Shown here: positions 19,806 through 29,783 of the stretch, in pieces | Layout: every line of letters begins with the position of its first letter | Numbering within the stretch: the first letter of the stretch is position 1 | Source: Thermoplasmata archaeon | Lineage (GTDB): Archaea > Thermoplasmatota > Thermoplasmata > Lutacidiplasmatales > UBA184 | NCBI GenBank assembly: GCA_027314165.1 | Contig: DAHVCH010000011.1 | Coordinates: 1,990 to 65,989, forward strand | Direction: 5' to 3' | Length of the DNA: 64,000 bases | Notes under the pieces: generated by a model | Seen by the model: only the letters and a program-made list of their open reading frames with translations | What the model was told of the DNA's origin: nothing | The model's database searches: none | Position numbers and translations under genes: made by a program

Positions 19806-20039
19806 CTACTTGCTCTTCGGGCCCTTGGGGGCGCGCGCCGGCTTCTCGGCCTTCGGCGCGGGGGCCTTGTCGGCCTCCGAATACCCGCACTTGCCGCAGG
19901 AGCGGCGGGGGCGCGGGGAGCCGTGCTGCGCCATGATGACGCCCGGCCCGCACTTCGGGCAGAAGGTGTGGGTACGGGTCAGCGTCTCGCCCTGGACGGT
20001 GTAGAAACCGGTTCGCGCCTTTCCCATGGTCTCCCTCAC
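19806..20039 (-). CDS. rps27ae: 30S ribosomal protein S27ae (eS31)
   Basis: FCPKCGPGVIMAQH...CGKCGYSE. Confidence 0.93.
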   Translation of the reverse strand: MRETMGKARTGFYTVQGETLTRTHTFCPKCGPGVIMAQHGSPRPRRSCGKCGYSEADKAPAPKAEKPARAPKGPKSK

Positions 20040-20416
20040 GCCTTCGCTGGTGCCTTGGTCTCGCCCTTGGCCTCGGGCTTGGCAGCGGGGGCGGGTTCGG
20101 CGGCGGCAGCGCCACCGGGGCCCTTCTGCGGCTTCTCCTTGAGACCGTTACGGATCAGGATGTGCTCGCGGACCACCTTGTTCACGAGGTCCTTCGAGTC
20201 GTAGGCGTGCGCGCTGCCACGGGAGCGCTGGACGCCGAACCGGGCGCGCATCCATTCGAGGATGAGCCGGTCCTTGGGGACCTTCAGCGCCTCGGCGAGG
20301 GCCTTGCGGACCTCGTCGCGCTTCGGGGTCGGTCCCTCGGGGTGAGCGACCTCGAAGAGGTACTCCTTCCGCCCGAGGAGCAGGTTGTGCTTCTCACTAA
20401 TGACCTTGATGTCCAT
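20036..20416 (-). CDS. rps24e: 30S ribosomal protein S24e
   Basis: MDIKVISEKHNLLLGRKE...TPKRDEV; operon context. Confidence 0.93.
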   Translation of the reverse strand: MDIKVISEKHNLLLGRKEYLFEVAHPEGPTPKRDEVRKALAEALKVPKDRLILEWMRARFGVQRSRGSAHAYDSKDLVNKVVREHILIRNGLKEKPQKGPGGAAAAEPAPAAKPEAKGETKAPAKA

Positions 20417-20927
20417 GGTTCGCGGGGCGTGCCTCCATGCCTTCCAGGATCGTCCGTACTCGCTCCTTCGCCGCGTTGTCCACGGCGAGGAAGCAGACGC
20501 CCGCACCTGGCTGTCCGTATATAACGGTGCTACCGGCCGGGAGCTCCAAGACGAGCGGGAGGACCGCGAGGTCCTCCTCTCCGTCGACGACGAGGAGCCC
20601 TCCGCCCCCGGCCACCAGTTCGTGGATGGCCTTCTGGAGCTCCGCGGTCACCTGCCCCGGAGGGTTCCGCGCCCAGAGCTCCCGGCGGGTCGCGAGGGGC
20701 CCCAGGTCGGTGATCTCCGTCGTCCGCTCCCGCAGCGTATGGCCGTCGACGACGGCGGCGAAGGGGGGATGGCCCCACTTCACCGCGTTCACGCTGACCA
20801 CGTCACCGCAGGCCACGACCAGGCCCGCGGTCGCGAGGCGACGCTTGGCCTCCTCGGTCGGGAGGACGGGTCCCATCGGGCGCGAGAGCTCCTCGCGCAG
20901 TTCCGGACGAAGGTAGAGGTCCTTCGT
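20397..20927 (-). CDS. GTP-dependent dephospho-CoA kinase (DUF359); start uncertain
   Basis: GDVVS, VDGHTLR, NPPG, VDGEEDL and YGQPG motifs; conserved position after spt4. Confidence 0.85.
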   Translation of the reverse strand, partial: TKDLYLRPELREELSRPMGPVLPTEEAKRRLATAGLVVACGDVVSVNAVKWGHPPFAAVVDGHTLRERTTEITDLGPLATRRELWARNPPGQVTAELQKAIHELVAGGGGLLVVDGEEDLAVLPLVLELPAGSTVIYGQPGAGVCFLAVDNAAKERVRTILEGMEARPANHGHQGH

Positions 20928-20937
20928 GGCCGCCTCG

Positions 20938-21126
20938 TCACTTCACGCGCAGTGCGTAGCGTCCAGCGGCCTTGATGCCCATCTTGCGGGCGATCTCGGA
21001 CTTCTCGGGGTCGACGACGATGAGGTAACCCTGCCACTCCTTGCTCGTCTCCCCGCCGCATTTCGGGCACTTCATCTGGTCGGAGATCGAGTGGCAGTTG
21101 CGGCAAGCGCGCTGGGTGATCGCCAT
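20938..21126 (-). CDS. spt4: Transcription elongation factor Spt4 (RpoE'')
   Basis: ACRNCH...CPKCG...WQGYLIVVDPEKSEIA...GRYALRV. Confidence 0.95.
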   Translation of the reverse strand: MAITQRACRNCHSISDQMKCPKCGGETSKEWQGYLIVVDPEKSEIARKMGIKAAGRYALRVK

Positions 21127-21139
21127 CGCTACCTACTCC

Positions 21140-21790
21140 TCAGGCCGCCTTGGCCTTGGCCGCGGCGGGAGGTGCAGGAGCGGCCGCCTTCTTGCCGCCG
21201 CCTCCGCCGCCACCGCCTCCACGGCCACCCTCGGCCTTCTCGGTCTTCTTGTGGGACTCGGCGATCCACTCGAGGCGGCCGAGCCCGGGCTGACGCATGG
21301 TCAGTCCGATCCGGCTGTCCCGCGGGGAGATCTCGGAGAGCGAAAGGGAGACGATACGGGCCCGGACCTTGTACCCGACGCGCAGGTCCCGCTTGGTCTC
21401 GACGCCGACCAGGCGCTGGTTGTGCTCGTCGATGTTCACCCGGTCGTCCATGATCTGGCTGACGTGGAGGAGACCGTCCAGCGGCCCGAAGCGCACGAAC
21501 GCCCCGAACTTCCGGACCTCGACGACCTGGCCCTCGATGACCTCCTGGAGCTCCGGTCGGAAGAGGATCGCGGTGTACTCGACGTCCTGGTAGACGCCGC
21601 CGTCACCGTGGATGATCCGGCCCTCTCCGATGAGCTTGACGTTCGTGATGAGGACGGTCAGGCTCTGGCCGTCCAGCAGCTTCCCTTCGAACTGCTGCTG
21701 CGCGAGCTCGGAGATGACATCCCCGATGTCTGGCGAAAGGCGCGCGGGCGGAATGCGAACGACGTCCCGGCGGGTCTCCAAATAATACAT
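21140..21790 (-). CDS. rpoE1: RNA polymerase subunit E' (Rpo7)
   Basis: VRIPP, GDGGVY, S1 domain FGAFVRFGPLDGLLHVSQI, TMRQPGLG. Confidence 0.95.
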   Translation of the reverse strand: MYYLETRRDVVRIPPARLSPDIGDVISELAQQQFEGKLLDGQSLTVLITNVKLIGEGRIIHGDGGVYQDVEYTAILFRPELQEVIEGQVVEVRKFGAFVRFGPLDGLLHVSQIMDDRVNIDEHNQRLVGVETKRDLRVGYKVRARIVSLSLSEISPRDSRIGLTMRQPGLGRLEWIAESHKKTEKAEGGRGGGGGGGGGKKAAAPAPPAAAKAKAA

Positions 21791-21816
21791 CGGGCTCGAG
21801 GCGCGACAAGAACGCC

Positions 21817-21825
21817 CTATATAAA
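21817..21825 (-). promoter_or_regulatory. TATA box (TTTATATAG) of the rpoE1 operon, probably giving a leaderless mRNA
   Basis: Lies about 27-35 nt upstream of ATG 21790. Confidence 0.65.
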
Positions 21826-21979
21826 GGGAATTGGGGCCGCGGGGGGTTTTCCAGAGAGGCCGCCCTCGAGGGGAGGCCCGGGGGGGGGCCCCCCGGGCGC
21901 GGGGCCCCCGACGCCGGACCCGCGGGTCCAGGGGGGGACGCCCGTCGTCCGGGGAGGGGGGGAGACCAGCTCCGCCCCC

Positions 21980-23008
21980 CTAGGCGCCGACGCGGAGGAT
22001 CCCCAGGGCCTGGTCCGTCCGCTCGATGCTCTTCCGGGGGTCGGTCTCCAGCTGGAACATCGCCCGCAGGGCGTCGATGTTCTCCGGCACGACGATGGAC
22101 TCCTGGTGGATGGCCTGGAAGAAGTAGAGGTCGCTCCCCTCCAGCTTCAGCCCCTCCTCCCAGAGGACGTTCTCCATCACGTCGTTCCGCGACCGGCCCA
22201 GGTCGCGCGCCCACTCGATCACCTGGGGGGTGCCCTCCATGCGGTCCGAGGCCCGGAACATGACGAAGCGGGGGGTGGTGCGGAAGGCCGCCATCACGTC
22301 GCTCCCGCTCGAGGGGGGGTGGGCCAGGCGCACGTGGTTCACGTGGACGTGCATGAGCGTCGTGGGCACGACCACCGCCGAGGTCGCGATCGGAAGGTCG
22401 GGGAAGATGGTCCGGACGTCCGGGCCGTGGTGGGAGGGCAGGGTCATCGTGGGGAGGATCCCGTTGATGGGCCCGCGCCTCGACTCCCCGGGGTCCGCCG
22501 CCCGGCGGACCAGCGTCGCCTCCCAGCGCTCGACCCCGAACCTCTCCCGGAGGACGGCGGCCGCCCGGGAGAGCCCGGTGGTGTTGCAGGAGACGACGCG
22601 GACCTTGCGCGCCCCCAGGCAGGAAGCGTAGTTGGCGAGCGCGCTGAAGGAGCGGTCGGCCACGGTGGCCTTCTCGCCGCCCTGCCAGACCGCGGCGACC
22701 TTCGCCTCCTCGTAGAGGGCCTTGTTCGCGGCCCCCACCTTCTCGGGGGTGCAGTCGACGACGACGTCGACGCTCCGGAGAAGCTCAGGAAGGGTCCCGG
22801 CCGTCGGGATCCCCGCCGCGTCGAAGTCGGCCTTCTTCCCATCGCCCGCGAGGAAGACCGGATAGCCCTTCTCCATCGCCCGGCGGGCCTCGAACCCCGG
22901 CTTGGTCTTCGCGACCCCGACCAGGGTCATGTCCGTCTGCAGGCGGACCGCGTCCGCCACCCGCTTGCCGATCGTCCCGTAGCCGTTGACGGCCACCTTC
23001 AGTGACAT
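21980..23008 (-). CDS. gap: Glyceraldehyde-3-phosphate dehydrogenase, archaeal type II
   Basis: VAVNGYGTIGKRVADA, VVSCNTTGL, SHHGPDV and HQESIVVPENIDA motifs. Confidence 0.95.
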   Translation of the reverse strand: MSLKVAVNGYGTIGKRVADAVRLQTDMTLVGVAKTKPGFEARRAMEKGYPVFLAGDGKKADFDAAGIPTAGTLPELLRSVDVVVDCTPEKVGAANKALYEEAKVAAVWQGGEKATVADRSFSALANYASCLGARKVRVVSCNTTGLSRAAAVLRERFGVERWEATLVRRAADPGESRRGPINGILPTMTLPSHHGPDVRTIFPDLPIATSAVVVPTTLMHVHVNHVRLAHPPSSGSDVMAAFRTTPRFVMFRASDRMEGTPQVIEWARDLGRSRNDVMENVLWEEGLKLEGSDLYFFQAIHQESIVVPENIDALRAMFQLETDPRKSIERTDQALGILRVGA

Positions 23009-23161
23009 ACAAGGGGCCCAGCCGCGGGGGGACATAGTCGTGTCTCGTTCCGGGGGGGTCGCGGCCCGGGGGGGGGCGCCGGAAAGGTGGAAGGGAGCTG
23101 CCCGCGCGCGGGTTGCGGAACGAGGAAATACTCGCACCTAGGATGAGAAGGGCAGGACCTC

Positions 23162-23494
23162 ATGGCCGTACCCCCCACGCAGCCCGAAAAGCACAGCCAC
23201 GCCGGCGGCGTCCTCGCGCTGTTCCTCCTGATCTTCGGGTTCGGGCTCGGCTACTTCCTGAGCCCCATCCTGGCCGGGCTCTTGGGCCTCCTGGTGCTCT
23301 GGATGGGCTGGAAGTTCCTCAAGTGGCGCGTCGACCCGCTCGACATGTTCTTCTGGATGAAGTCGAAGCCGAGCTGGGCCTCGGTGGGGCTCACCTGGCT
23401 CTCGGGACTCCTCCTGCTCGGGGCGGCGTACGCGACGTACATCCTCAACCACCACAGCCTGATCGGCTGGTACCTTCGGCTGAAGGGCTTCTAG
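23162..23494 (+). CDS. Small membrane protein
   Basis: Three hydrophobic segments; coding-like GC3 bias. Confidence 0.65.
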   Translation: MAVPPTQPEKHSHAGGVLALFLLIFGFGLGYFLSPILAGLLGLLVLWMGWKFLKWRVDPLDMFFWMKSKPSWASVGLTWLSGLLLLGAAYATYILNHHSLIGWYLRLKGF

Positions 23495-23612
23495 AGGGCG
23501 CGCAGAAGCGAGCGCCCGGGGCCCGGGACGGGCACCGAACGGGCCATGAGGACCGAACGCCGTCCGAGGACAAGCCAAATAGCCGGAGCCTTTCGTCCCG
23601 CCGGCGAGCTCC

Positions 23613-24821
23613 ATGGACTTCCGTCTGTCCCCCGAGGAAGAGGCCTTCCAATCGACCCTCCGACGCTTCGGCGACGAGGTCCTCCGCAAGAACGAGCAGG
23701 AGATCGACGACACCGGGACCATCCCCGCGAAGGTCCTAGACGAGATGGCCCGGCTCGGGCTGTTCGCGATGCCGGTCCCCGAGGAGTACGGGGGCATGGG
23801 CGCCACCGCCATCCAGACCGAGATCGCCGCGGAAGAGATCGGCCGCGGGGACTTCTCCATGGCGACCGCGGTCTACTTCCTCCTGGAAGCCGGGTGGGGA
23901 TGGATCCTCGCCAAGCACGGGACGGAGGAGACGAAGAAGGAGGTCCTGCCCCCGGTCTGCGCGGGCAAGCACTTCCTGGGGATCGCCACCACCGAGCCCG
24001 GGGGAGGCAGCGACCTCGCGAACATGCGCACCCGCTCCTGGCGCGTCGGCAAGGAGATCGTCGTCGACGGGGAGAAGACGTTCCTCTCCGGGGTCATGGA
24101 GGCCCGCGAGCGCGGAGGCGGCCATGTCACGCTCACGCGCCAGAAGGACGGGAACGGGTTCAACTTCCTCTACGTCCCGGCGAACGCGAAGGGCACGACG
24201 GCGCACAAGCTCGTCAACATGGGCCGGATGGGGATCTCCACCTGCATGCTCCACTACGACGAGGTCCGGGCCCCCGAGCGCTACCTCCTGGGGAAGGAGG
24301 GGAAGGGCTTCGGGGTCGCCATGCAGGGCTTCCAGGTGGCCCGCACGTTCGTCGCGGCGGCCTGCGTCGGGGCGGCCGAGAGGGCGATCGAGACCGGGAT
24401 GGCCTACATCAAGGAACGGCAGGTCTTCGGCCAGCCGCTCGGGAAGTTCGAGGGGATCCAGTTCGAGCTCGCGGACCTCTGGGCCCAGAGCGAGGCCGTG
24501 AAGTGGCAGGTCCGTCGCGCCGCCTGGCTCCTGGACACGTACACGTTCAAGGGCGACAGCACCCACCGCTCCGAGATCGACCGCGTCGTCGCCTCCGTGA
24601 AGCTGACCGCCCCGCAGCTCGCCTTCGACGCGGTGAAGAAGGTCATGATGTGGTTCGGTGCCAGCGGCTACACCAAGGAGGTCGGGCTCGAGCGCGGCCT
24701 GCGCGGCGTCATGAGCTACATGGTGGGCGCGGAGGGCGGCCTGAACGTCATGCGGATGATCCTCGGCCGGGAACTCCTCGGGAAGGAGTTCCTGCCCTAC
24801 GCTCCCCCGGCCGGCGGTTGA
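23613..24821 (+). CDS. Acyl-CoA dehydrogenase
   Basis: PEEYGG, TEPGGGSD, GEKTF, RQVFGQPL and GASGY motifs. Confidence 0.93.
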   Translation: MDFRLSPEEEAFQSTLRRFGDEVLRKNEQEIDDTGTIPAKVLDEMARLGLFAMPVPEEYGGMGATAIQTEIAAEEIGRGDFSMATAVYFLLEAGWGWILAKHGTEETKKEVLPPVCAGKHFLGIATTEPGGGSDLANMRTRSWRVGKEIVVDGEKTFLSGVMEARERGGGHVTLTRQKDGNGFNFLYVPANAKGTTAHKLVNMGRMGISTCMLHYDEVRAPERYLLGKEGKGFGVAMQGFQVARTFVAAACVGAAERAIETGMAYIKERQVFGQPLGKFEGIQFELADLWAQSEAVKWQVRRAAWLLDTYTFKGDSTHRSEIDRVVASVKLTAPQLAFDAVKKVMMWFGASGYTKEVGLERGLRGVMSYMVGAEGGLNVMRMILGRELLGKEFLPYAPPAGG

Positions 24822-24841
24822 GCTCTCCAGAGGGGGCTCTC

Positions 24842-25852
24842 ATGCTGAAGCGTCCTCGCAAGGTCACCTCCTCGGCGACGCTCGAGCAGGTGAGCGAGGC
24901 TTCGCTCCACGAGTGGATTGCCCGCACGCTCCCCGCCGGCAAGGCGGGCCTCCTCCCGGTGGGCGACGACTGCGCGGCCATCCCCACCGGTGGGAAGTTC
25001 GTCCACCTCCTCACCACCGACGCGGTGATGGAAGGGACCCACTTCCCTCCCACCGCGGACCCGCGGGCCGTCGGACGGTTCGCGGCGAACGTCAACTTCT
25101 CCGACCTGGCCGCGAAGGGCGGGCGCCCCGTCGCGCTCCTCGGGGCCATGCTCGTCCCGGCCGAGACCCCGCTGCGCTGGGCCCAGCAGGTGATCATCGG
25201 ACTGGAGGAGGCCTCCCGCCTCGCCGGCACGCACCTCCTGGGCGGGGACAGCAAGCGCAGCGAGAACCGCGGGGTCGTACCGGTCGCGGTGGGAGAAGCG
25301 GACGCTCGCTACCTCATGCCGATCTCCGGCGCGATGCCCGGGGACCTCCTCGCGACGACCGGCACGACGGGACGGGGCAGCTCCGCCTTCCTGGCCTGGA
25401 AGGAGGAGTCGCTCAGCGAGAAGGAGGCCCTCGGGGTCCTGCTGAACATCCGTCCCCGGCTCCGGGAGGGGTACGCGCTCTCCACCACCGCCACCGCGAC
25501 CACGGACACCTCCGACGGCCTCCTTGCGGCGGTGGACCACCTCTGCCGGGCCTCCGGCGTCTCCGCCCACCTCCGCGACGACTGGGTCCCGTACGACCCG
25601 CTCGCGCTCAAGGTCGCGAAGGCGCTCGACCTCCCCATCGAGAAGGTCGCCTACCTCGGAGGGGACTACGAGCTCCTGACCGCCTTCCCGCGCGCGAGCT
25701 TCGACGCGACGCTCAAGAACGTCGTCAAGGCGGGCGGGCACATCTGCGTCATCGGGAGCGTCGGCGAGAAGGGCGGGTCCTACTTCGAGGACAAGGAAGG
25801 CCACACCCGCCCCCTCCCGAACGTCGGGTGGGACTCGTTCTCTCGCGGTTGA
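24842..25852 (+). CDS. thiL: Thiamine-monophosphate kinase
   Basis: GDDCA, EGTHF, NFSDLAAKG, GGD, DTSDGL and GGDYELL motifs. Confidence 0.92.
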   Translation: MLKRPRKVTSSATLEQVSEASLHEWIARTLPAGKAGLLPVGDDCAAIPTGGKFVHLLTTDAVMEGTHFPPTADPRAVGRFAANVNFSDLAAKGGRPVALLGAMLVPAETPLRWAQQVIIGLEEASRLAGTHLLGGDSKRSENRGVVPVAVGEADARYLMPISGAMPGDLLATTGTTGRGSSAFLAWKEESLSEKEALGVLLNIRPRLREGYALSTTATATTDTSDGLLAAVDHLCRASGVSAHLRDDWVPYDPLALKVAKALDLPIEKVAYLGGDYELLTAFPRASFDATLKNVVKAGGHICVIGSVGEKGGSYFEDKEGHTRPLPNVGWDSFSRG

Positions 25853-25888
25853 GTGGGACGTGGAGGAGCGCGGACCCGCGCTCGCGCC

Positions 25889-26581
25889 TCAGGTGTCGAG
25901 CGACTCGAACCGGAGGAAGGACCAGAGGAGCGCCACCACGGCGACCGCCAGGAGCACCGCGGGGAAGAGCATGCTGATCTGCCCCTCGTAGGTGAACCAC
26001 CCGGCGAGGGCCACGGTCACGACCCCGGCGAGCACTCCGGCCACCAGGGCCTCGGAGGAGCTGCGCGTCAGGACGGAGGCGTTCACCGCGATCGCTCCCA
26101 GGAAGAGGAGCAGGCAGAGCACTCCCTCGAAGAGGTGCACGGGGTCGAAGAGCGGGGCCGCCTCCCCCGAGCTGGCGGGGACCACCGCCGAGGCGATGGG
26201 CCAGACCAGGAGCCCCCCGACGACGAAGGCCCCGAGGGTGAGCCCGAACACGACCAGGAGACGACCGGCCAGGATGCCCGCCCGCGACTGCGGCAGCCCG
26301 AAGGAGATCATGTGGGAGCGGCGGGCGATCTCCTCGCCGACGGTGAGGGCCCCGAGGTCGAGCATCACCATCCCCGCGAGCCCCCCGGTCACGAAGAGCC
26401 CCAGCGTGAGGGCCGTCCCGTGGGTCAGGAGGGTGCCGTTCGCCTGGACGTGGGCGAAGTAGAGGAAGGCGAGGAGGCTTCCCACGGGCCCGGCGATCAC
26501 CGGGATGACGAGCAGGAAGAGGCGCTTGGAGCGGACGAGGCGGATGAGCTCCCAGCGCGCGTTCGCCACGAGCGCGCTCAC
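25889..26581 (-). CDS. ABC-2 type permease
   Basis: Six TMs; coupled to the upstream ATPase. Confidence 0.8.
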   Translation of the reverse strand: MSALVANARWELIRLVRSKRLFLLVIPVIAGPVGSLLAFLYFAHVQANGTLLTHGTALTLGLFVTGGLAGMVMLDLGALTVGEEIARRSHMISFGLPQSRAGILAGRLLVVFGLTLGAFVVGGLLVWPIASAVVPASSGEAAPLFDPVHLFEGVLCLLLFLGAIAVNASVLTRSSSEALVAGVLAGVVTVALAGWFTYEGQISMLFPAVLLAVAVVALLWSFLRFESLDT

Positions 26582-27561
26582 GCGGCATCCTCCCGTCCGA
26601 CCTTCTGAAGGTAGAGCGTCCCGAGGTCCGAGCCGACCGCCTCCACGCGGGAGACGGCGACCCCTCCGGTGACCAGGGCCCTCACGACCTGGCTCTGCGC
26701 CGCCTCATCCCCCTTGAACTTGAGCAGGAACTCGCGGCCGGCACGCGTCTCCTCGAGCTCCACCTCGGGGGGGAGGAGCGCGCGCAGTCCGGCGACGGGC
26801 GAGGCGGAGGAGGTCCGCACGCGCAGGGTTCGCGGCCGAACCGTGGCACCGTCCTCCGCCCCGGCCTCGACCGGGGCCTCCCCCACCAGGCGCCCGGCCC
26901 GCAAGAAGAGGACCCGGTGGCAGACCTCCTCGACGTCCTCGAGCAGGTGGGTGGAGAGGAAGATGGTGCGCCCTTCCTGGCGGAGCTCCCGCAGCACCCG
27001 GCGAAGGTCCGCGCGAGCTGCCGGGTCGAGGCCGAGCGTGGGCTCGTCCAGGACCAGGACCCGCGGGTCGCCGATGAGCGAGCCGGCGAGAAGGAGACGG
27101 CGTAGGAGACCCGTGCTGAGCGTCCCGAGCGGACGGTCGAGCGGTTCCACCACGTCGAGACGCTTCGCGGCACGGACCACGGCGGCCCCGCGCTCGTGGA
27201 CCGGGAGCCCCTTCACCTCCGCGATGTGCTCGAGCAGGTCCCGGCCCCGCACGTACGGGAGCACGCCCGGGGTCTCGACGAGGACCCCGACCGACGCGAG
27301 GGCGCGCGCTCGGTCCTTCGCAGGGTCGATGCCCCCGAGCCGGAGCGAGCCCGCGGTCGGGCGTGTGAGCCCCGAGAGGAGCTTCAGCGTGGTGGTCTTG
27401 CCCGAGCCGTTGGGCCCGAGGTACCCCACCGCCTCCCCCTCCCGGACCGTGAAGGAGACCTCGGAGAGCGCCGAGAGGTCGCCGTAGCGCTTGGAGACCT
27501 TCTCCAGGGCGAAGGCCTCCCCGCCGGACACGGACCGGAGAGCGCGTACCCGGGATATCAC
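26578..27561 (-). CDS. ABC transporter ATP-binding protein
   Basis: GPNGSGKTT, LSTG, LDEPTLGLD and STH motifs. Confidence 0.92.
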   Translation of the reverse strand: MISRVRALRSVSGGEAFALEKVSKRYGDLSALSEVSFTVREGEAVGYLGPNGSGKTTTLKLLSGLTRPTAGSLRLGGIDPAKDRARALASVGVLVETPGVLPYVRGRDLLEHIAEVKGLPVHERGAAVVRAAKRLDVVEPLDRPLGTLSTGLLRRLLLAGSLIGDPRVLVLDEPTLGLDPAARADLRRVLRELRQEGRTIFLSTHLLEDVEEVCHRVLFLRAGRLVGEAPVEAGAEDGATVRPRTLRVRTSSASPVAGLRALLPPEVELEETRAGREFLLKFKGDEAAQSQVVRALVTGGVAVSRVEAVGSDLGTLYLQKVGREDAA

Positions 27562-27608
27562 ACCGTCGCCACACTCGCCCTATTAGCCCGCGTCAGGTCT
27601 CAGACCCC

Positions 27609-28337
27609 ATGCCTCCCCTCAGGACCTCCCAGGCGGCGACGGCGTCCACCGACCGGGACCGGGTGGATCCCGGATGGGTCCGAAAGCTCACGGGGCGGCC
27701 GCTCCCGGAGGTCCGCGCCGCCATGAAGGAGGCCCAGGACGACCGGGTCCTCGCCGAGGCGATCGCCTCCGCCCACGCCTCCGCGGGCCGGGACTTCTAC
27801 GCCCAGGTCCGGGCCCCCTTCGAGCTCTACGCGCTCGCCCGGCTCCTCCGCCCCGCCCACATCGTCGAGGTCGGGGTCTCCTCCGGCGTCTCCTCCGCGT
27901 ACTTCCTGAAGGCTCTCTCGAAGAACGGCGAGGGACATCTCCACTCGATCGACCTCCCGACGAAGCAGAAGGGCCCGCGCTTCTCCGAAGGGGAGGATTC
28001 GCCCGTCGCGCTGCCGCCCGGCCGCGCTTCCGGCTGGGCCGTGCCGTCGGACCTCCGGGGTGGGTGGGACCTACGTCTCGGACCGAGCCAGGAGCTGCTG
28101 CCGAAGCTCGTGGGGGAGCTCGACGAGGTGGGGATCTTCCTGCACGACAGCCTCCACACCTTCGCCCACGCCACCTTCGAGCTCGCCTGCGTCGACCCGA
28201 AGGTCCCGGCGGGAGGGGTCCTCCTTGCCGACAACACCGAGTGGCTGGAGGGGGCCCTCGACCGGTTCGCAGAGGCGAAGGGGACCCGGACGTACTACCG
28301 TCGGGGCATGGACCTGGGCGGATTCCGAAAACCCTGA
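27609..28337 (+). CDS. Class I SAM-dependent methyltransferase (Methyltransf_24-like)
   Basis: VEVGVSSGVSS, SIDLP and FLHDSLH motifs. Confidence 0.82.
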   Translation: MPPLRTSQAATASTDRDRVDPGWVRKLTGRPLPEVRAAMKEAQDDRVLAEAIASAHASAGRDFYAQVRAPFELYALARLLRPAHIVEVGVSSGVSSAYFLKALSKNGEGHLHSIDLPTKQKGPRFSEGEDSPVALPPGRASGWAVPSDLRGGWDLRLGPSQELLPKLVGELDEVGIFLHDSLHTFAHATFELACVDPKVPAGGVLLADNTEWLEGALDRFAEAKGTRTYYRRGMDLGGFRKP

Positions 28338-28509
28338 CCGGTACGGCGGAGGGGAGGCCACCCCCTTTCACGCCCCGCCGTGGGCCTCACCTACGCCGAC
28401 GGGATGTCGGCGACGGGCACGAATCTGTACCTTGTCCCGACAGAACAGGGGAGGAACTTATGTACCCCTCCGCTGTGGTCGCTCTCCCCGATAAGGGGAC
28501 GGTGTGTCG

Positions 28510-29772
28510 ATGACGAATAACGGTGGAGCAGTGAACCCGTTCGAGACGGCCCAGCGACAAGTGGACATTTGCGCCAAGTACCTGAACTTGGACGCGGGAA
28601 TGACCGAGATCCTGAAGCACCCGAAGCGGGAGCTCACGGTCAACTTCCCCGTCCGGATGGACAACGGTTCCTACCGCGTCTTCACCGGGTACCGGGTCCA
28701 GTACAACATGGCCCGCGGCCCGACCAAGGGAGGTATCCGCTACCACCCCCAGGTCACGCTCGACGAGGTTCGTGCGCTGGCGGCCTGGATGACCTGGAAG
28801 TGCGCGGTCGTCAGCCTTCCCTACGGGGGAGCGAAGGGCGGCGTCATCTGCGACCCCAAGGCGATGAGCAAGGGGGAGCTTGAGCGGATGACCCGGCGCT
28901 TCGCCAGCGAGATCAGCCCGATCATCGGACCTGAGATCGATGTCCCGGCTCCGGACGTCTACACCGACAGCCAGACCATGGCCTGGATCATGGACACGTA
29001 CTCGATGCAGAAGGGCTACTCGGTCCCCGGCGTCGTCACGGGCAAGCCGCTCTCCATCGGCGGGTCCGAGGGACGCGGCGAGGCCACGGGCCGCGGCTGC
29101 ATGTACGTCATCCGGGAAGCGGCGAAGGACCTGGGACTCAACATGAAGGGCGCCTCCGTCGCCGTCCAGGGCTTCGGGAACGCGGGCAGCGTCGCCGCGA
29201 AGCTCGTGCACGCGGAGCTCGGCGGGAAGATCATCGCGGTCTCGGACACGAAGGGCGGGATCCTCAACAAGAACGGGCTCGACCCGGTCGCCGTCGAGAA
29301 GTACAAGCAGGAGAAGGGCTCGGTGGTCGGGTTCCCCGGCTCCCAGAAGATCAGCAACAACGAGCTGCTCGCCCTGGACTGCGACGTGCTCATCCCCGCG
29401 GCGCTCGAGAACCAGATCACGAGGGAGAACGCCTCCAGCGTGAAGGCCAAGATCATCGCCGAGGCGGCGAACGGGCCTACCACCCCCGAGGCCGACGAGA
29501 TCCTCCACAAGAACAAGGTGACCGTCCTGCCCGACGTTCTCGCGAACGCCGGCGGGGTCACGGTCAGCTACTTCGAGTGGGTCCAGGACCTGCAGGGGTA
29601 CTTCTGGGACGTCAACGACGTGAACTCCCGCCTGGAGCGCGTCATGTCCGGGTCGTACCGCGGTGTCGCGGAGGTCGCGAAGAAGCACGGGGTGCACAAC
29701 CGCACCGCCGCCTACATCGTCGCGGTCGGCCGCGTCGTCGAAGCGATGCGCGTCCGCGGGATCTACCCGTAG
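28510..29772 (+). CDS. gdhA: Glutamate dehydrogenase
   Basis: GPTKGGIRY, GGAKGG, DVPAPD, VQGFGNAG and NAGGVTVSYFEW motifs. Confidence 0.95.
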   Translation: MTNNGGAVNPFETAQRQVDICAKYLNLDAGMTEILKHPKRELTVNFPVRMDNGSYRVFTGYRVQYNMARGPTKGGIRYHPQVTLDEVRALAAWMTWKCAVVSLPYGGAKGGVICDPKAMSKGELERMTRRFASEISPIIGPEIDVPAPDVYTDSQTMAWIMDTYSMQKGYSVPGVVTGKPLSIGGSEGRGEATGRGCMYVIREAAKDLGLNMKGASVAVQGFGNAGSVAAKLVHAELGGKIIAVSDTKGGILNKNGLDPVAVEKYKQEKGSVVGFPGSQKISNNELLALDCDVLIPAALENQITRENASSVKAKIIAEAANGPTTPEADEILHKNKVTVLPDVLANAGGVTVSYFEWVQDLQGYFWDVNDVNSRLERVMSGSYRGVAEVAKKHGVHNRTAAYIVAVGRVVEAMRVRGIYP

Positions 29773-29783
29773 GTCCGCCCAAG

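Noticed and set aside
21840..21975. G-run/hairpin-rich spacer between gap and rpoE1 as an ncRNA or G-quadruplex
   Set aside because: Extreme GC explains the pairing; no specific motif.
23546..25852. 768-aa fusion ORF ending in ThiL
   Set aside because: The N-terminal part is an alternate frame of the acyl-CoA dehydrogenase gene; ThiL starts at 24842.
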